Shown piece after piece: positions 60,838-64,000 of a stretch of DNA of 64,000 bases; the first letter of the stretch is position 1, and every line of letters starts with the position of its first letter. Source of the stretch: an uncultured Anaerolineales bacterium (lineage in GTDB: Bacteria; Chloroflexota; Anaerolineae; B4-G1); the NCBI GenBank assembly GCA_964393895.1, contig CAYMWP010000003.1:18351-82350 (forward strand). The letters run 5' to 3'. The notes below the pieces were generated by a model. That model searched no databases, was not told the origin of the DNA, and saw only the letters and a list, made by a program, of their open reading frames with translations. The position numbers and the translations under genes were made by a program.

Positions 60838-62097
60838 ATGTTTCCAAATTTACCGCCTACTTGGACCACAAAGAAAATTGGCGAACTATGTGATGTGAGC
60901 CGTGGAGCATCCCCTAGGCCAATACATGACCAACGCTATTTCGAAGAGGGAACAATCCCCTGGATAAAAATTGCAGATGCAACAAAGTCTGGAAAATACT
61001 TGTATGAAACCAAGCAGTATGTGAACGAATTTGGGGCGTCATTTAGTAAACTATTGCCACCAGGAACAATTCTGGTTGCAGCAAGTGGTACTTTGGGTTA
61101 TACACAAATTCTCGGGGTCGAAGGCTGCGCTCATGATGGGTGGCTAATACTCCAGAACCTTCGCGAATTCGACCGAGACTACGCTTACTACACTCTTCAA
61201 TGGATGGAACGGCATTTTTACAACAGTGCTTATGGTGCTGCTATTCAGAACATCAATACAACCATTCTTAAAGAAACTGAAATACCATATCCCCCCCTCC
61301 CCACCCAGCGCAAGATCGCCGCCGTGCTCTCCGCCTACGACGACCTGATCGAGAACAACACCCGCCGCATCGCCGTGCTGGAGGAGATGGCGCGGCTGCT
61401 GTACCGTGAGTGGTTCGTCCGCTTCCGCTTCCCCGGCCATGAGGACGTGGCGATGGTCGATTCGGAGCTGGGGCCGGTGCCGCAGGGGTGGGAGGTGAAG
61501 CCGCTGGGTGACTTTGGCGAGGTCATCACTGGCAAGACGCCGAGCAAGAAAGTAGCGGAGTATTACGACGACTACATGCCATTTATCAAGATCCCTGATA
61601 TGCATGGCAAGATATTCTGCATCCAAACCGCTGACAATCTCTCGGAAGCAGGTGCAGATTCACAGAAGCAAAAAACTCTGCCCCCAGACAGCTTATGTGT
61701 AAGCTGTATCGGTTCTGCTGGCTTGGTCACGATTACCACGGTTCCTTCTCAAACCAATCAGCAGATTAACTCGATTATTTTGAAAAATAAAGTGGATCGT
61801 GAGTTTCTCTATTTTGCACTTGTAGGGCTAAAAGAGACCATCAACCAATATGGTGCGACAGGCGCTACAATGGTCAATCTTAGCAGAGGTAAGTTTGTTG
61901 GCTTGCAGGTCATCTATCCTGACCAGGAAACCCTGGTTGCTTTCCACGGAATGACTTTTCCTCTTTTTGAACAGATCAGGGTAGCACAACTCAAGAACGA
62001 GGTTCTCCGTCGCACCCGCGATTTGCTGCTGCCGCGCCTCGTCTCCGGCCAGGTGGACATATCAGAGCTGGAGATTGACGCAGGACAAGTGGGATAA
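60838..62097 (+). CDS. hsdS: Type I restriction-modification specificity subunit HsdS
   Basis: Two TRD halves are separated by a central conserved region (LPPLPTQRKIAAVLSAYDDLIENNTRRIAVLEEMARLLYREWFVRFRFPG). The distal conserved region is LRRTRDLLLPRLVSGQVD. Confidence 0.9.
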   Translation: MFPNLPPTWTTKKIGELCDVSRGASPRPIHDQRYFEEGTIPWIKIADATKSGKYLYETKQYVNEFGASFSKLLPPGTILVAASGTLGYTQILGVEGCAHDGWLILQNLREFDRDYAYYTLQWMERHFYNSAYGAAIQNINTTILKETEIPYPPLPTQRKIAAVLSAYDDLIENNTRRIAVLEEMARLLYREWFVRFRFPGHEDVAMVDSELGPVPQGWEVKPLGDFGEVITGKTPSKKVAEYYDDYMPFIKIPDMHGKIFCIQTADNLSEAGADSQKQKTLPPDSLCVSCIGSAGLVTITTVPSQTNQQINSIILKNKVDREFLYFALVGLKETINQYGATGATMVNLSRGKFVGLQVIYPDQETLVAFHGMTFPLFEQIRVAQLKNEVLRRTRDLLLPRLVSGQVDISELEIDAGQVG

Positions 62098-62160
62098 TAG
62101 TCACGATTGTTCACTCCCTACTATCGCGGACTACAAAACAATTGATTCAGGGAATATGCA

Positions 62161-63201
62161 ATGAATATCAACACAACACTGCTTGACGAGACCAGAGGTC
62201 AAACTGACGCAGAGACTTTGGAATCGCAAGATGATCTCCTTGAGAAATACGATTGTTGGCGCAATCAAATCGAGCAATTTATTACCTATGAAGGGCCATT
62301 TCTTGATAGACAAAAAAAAGCCATCAATATCGTCGAAGAGATAATGATGCGTCATGGCAAGGCAAAAATCCTGAAATGTGTGACGGAGCTAGCACGAGTA
62401 GAATACGGCATCCGTGATATAGAACCTTGGGTCCGTGACCATGTAGTCCACGCTCTGCTCAGCTTTGTGCTGGGTATTTTCCTCAACGAGAGATTCCTCA
62501 GGCCCAAAAATGCAGTTGGTGTTTTTCAGTGGAAACTTGCTGGTTTGCTGCATGACGTCGGCTACCCAGTTCAGATTGCTAAAGATATTCTAGAGTCCTT
62601 TGGAGCCAAGATGAACGAGATAAAGCAACTCTTGGATGTACCTGCTCCAGATATCGGATTTAGGATAGTACCAGTGGGTCTAGCGCGTCTGGCAAATGGA
62701 GCCGACAGTTTGAACTTGATCCAGGATTGTCTTGAACAATGGGATCTAGACATCGATGCTAAGCGCGAATATTCGATGATGATGGAAACTGGCCAAGTCT
62801 GCCACGGTATGATTAGCGCGCTCTCAGTTTTGTATTTGCTCGATCTCATGTACGCAGCGCACAATTCTGCCAGAGCGTATACCGATGCACTGGACGAAAA
62901 TACAGGCATCGATTGGAGCCAAGATTTCTTCGATCAAGATATCGTACCTGCCTGCTCTGCCATCTTCACCCATAACCTGCCTGAGGAATGCTTTACAAAA
63001 GCCAAGATCAGACGGGACGTAGCACCTCTGCCTTTTCTCCTTAGATTGGCAGATTGCCTACAGGATTGGGAAAGGCCAAAGAAGAAGAATCCTAAAGGAA
63101 CACCCGCCACTCGATACAACATCGAGGTTACTCCCAATGGCTTGATAGTGTCAAGTAGTCTTGACATTTGGTGGCAGAGCCATCTGTACTCTCACCTGTA
63201 G
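62161..63201 (+). CDS. HD-domain-like protein of unknown function
   Basis: Low-GC 346 aa ORF. H...HD-type spacing: DHVVHALLSF, LAGLLHDVGYP, CHGMISA, LLRLADCLQDWER. The 3' end overlaps the transposase gene by 51 nt. Confidence 0.5.
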   Translation: MNINTTLLDETRGQTDAETLESQDDLLEKYDCWRNQIEQFITYEGPFLDRQKKAINIVEEIMMRHGKAKILKCVTELARVEYGIRDIEPWVRDHVVHALLSFVLGIFLNERFLRPKNAVGVFQWKLAGLLHDVGYPVQIAKDILESFGAKMNEIKQLLDVPAPDIGFRIVPVGLARLANGADSLNLIQDCLEQWDLDIDAKREYSMMMETGQVCHGMISALSVLYLLDLMYAAHNSARAYTDALDENTGIDWSQDFFDQDIVPACSAIFTHNLPEECFTKAKIRRDVAPLPFLLRLADCLQDWERPKKKNPKGTPATRYNIEVTPNGLIVSSSLDIWWQSHLYSHL

Positions 63202-64000
63202 TTTTACAATCGAATATTCGGGGCAGTCCGGCTGTGGCAAATGCCACAGGGTGGCCCACTGTGCAGAATCAAAGCGACGTACGAGATCCAAGCCAATCAG
63301 ATTTCGTACTCCCGGTGTGCTCCATCTCACTCCCACATCTGTCCGACGGTTGATCTCGCGCATCTGCCTTTCCAACGGACTGGTTGAACTGATAGCGCGG
63401 GGTTCCATTCTTCGATCATCGAAGAACATACCGTCTGGCTGCTCGCGGTAAGTGAAGACGTAGGGAGCAGCGGCTTCCAAGTAACCCGCAGCATTGGTGA
63501 GTCCTTCTTGATGCAGTTGGGTGATCAAGCTCTCCATCTCGGCTCGGGAACGTGGCACAGTGTACCTTGGGTGATAGATGATCTTGCCCAATCGTCCCAT
63601 CCACACCCTGGCTTGCATCTTGCTCAACCCATCTTCCCACAGAGGCCAGTAGAGTTGAGAAACTACGTGCCACACGCCACGTTGCTTATGTGTATCTGGA
63701 AACATGCTCTCCAGCCAATTGACAAGCCCTTCATCGCCATCAAACAGGATGCGAGCAGGTTCAGTTTCAGCCAAGGCCTGACCAGTTTTGGACCAGCTTT
63801 CGCCTACCCCAAAGCACACGGGGGCGACCTTCAAGCGCGGACGTCCTCCTATCCAGCACCGGCCTTGGATACTCAACCCCAGGTTGAGGGAGCAGCCCCG
63901 TCGTTTATCACCAGATCGCACCTTGGTGGAATCTAGGAGGAGCGGATGGCCGTTGGTTTGTTCGGTTGTAAAGGCAACCTCCTGGCCCTTGTCTTGGACC
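63151..64000 (-). mobile_element. DDE transposase gene (ISLre2/ISKra4-like pattern), 5' end outside window
   Basis: The frame stays open to the window edge (…LLLDSTKVRSGDKRRG…). Motifs are FDGDEGLVNWLESMFP...WHVVSQL and SPLERQMREINRRTDVGVRWSTPGVRNLI. The family assignment is tentative. Confidence 0.7.

Noticed and set aside
58329-64000. A complete type I R-M system with hsdR.
   Set aside because: No SF2 helicase/nuclease HsdR-like ORF is present in the window after hsdS. It may lie beyond the transposase or be lost.

Overview
High-GC bacterial chromosomal window with about 50 genes. Multi-GAF sensors, four-helix-bundle 'IVS' genes and heptamer repeats hint at a Chloroflexota-like or similar lineage, but that is only an inference. 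All domain calls come from reading the translated ORFs by eye; no searches were run.

Five blocks:
(1) 1-21.4 kb, plus strand. One tightly coupled operon follows a parA fragment: six consecutive GAF-rich sensor proteins (about 21 GAF domains by motif count). Only the last, at 2187 aa, carries a HisKA-HATPase-REC-REC output. They are followed by a threonine-synthase-like PLP enzyme fused to a receiver domain and a REC-histidine kinase.
(2) 22.8-30.8 kb, minus strand. A polyphosphate locus: CYTH-HTH-CHAD, adk, two PPK2, a Lys-rich micro-ORF, ppk1 and a metallophosphoesterase-HD fusion.
(3) 31-45.5 kb, minus strand. A 14 kb co-directional DNA-processing array. It holds TPR-RecQ, a dual-OB-like protein, two DUF488, a Cys-rich miniprotein, a UDG-like protein, RecJ, a Cas4-like nuclease, two UvrD-like helicases and an Mth938-like protein. 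A decayed four-helix-bundle gene and heptamer arrays interrupt it.
(4) 45.5-58.1 kb. Housekeeping and repair genes: VapBC, a DEAD-box helicase, YgiQ, RlmI-like, DinG-like, AlkD-like, an SplB-like radical SAM protein with an HhH tail, and Fpg.
(5) 58.2-64 kb. A low-GC-mosaic type I R-M island. It contains hsdM, an inserted HTH-PRiA4_ORF3 gene flanked by a duplicated hsdM tail, a mosaic hsdS, an HD-like gene and a transposase; no hsdR is visible.

A family of about 32 nt palindromic elements (GACCCTAAAGGTTTCAGAAAACCTTTAGGGTC) is scattered through the window. One copy sits in frame inside recJ and others supply stop codons. No rRNA, tRNA or CRISPR array was seen.
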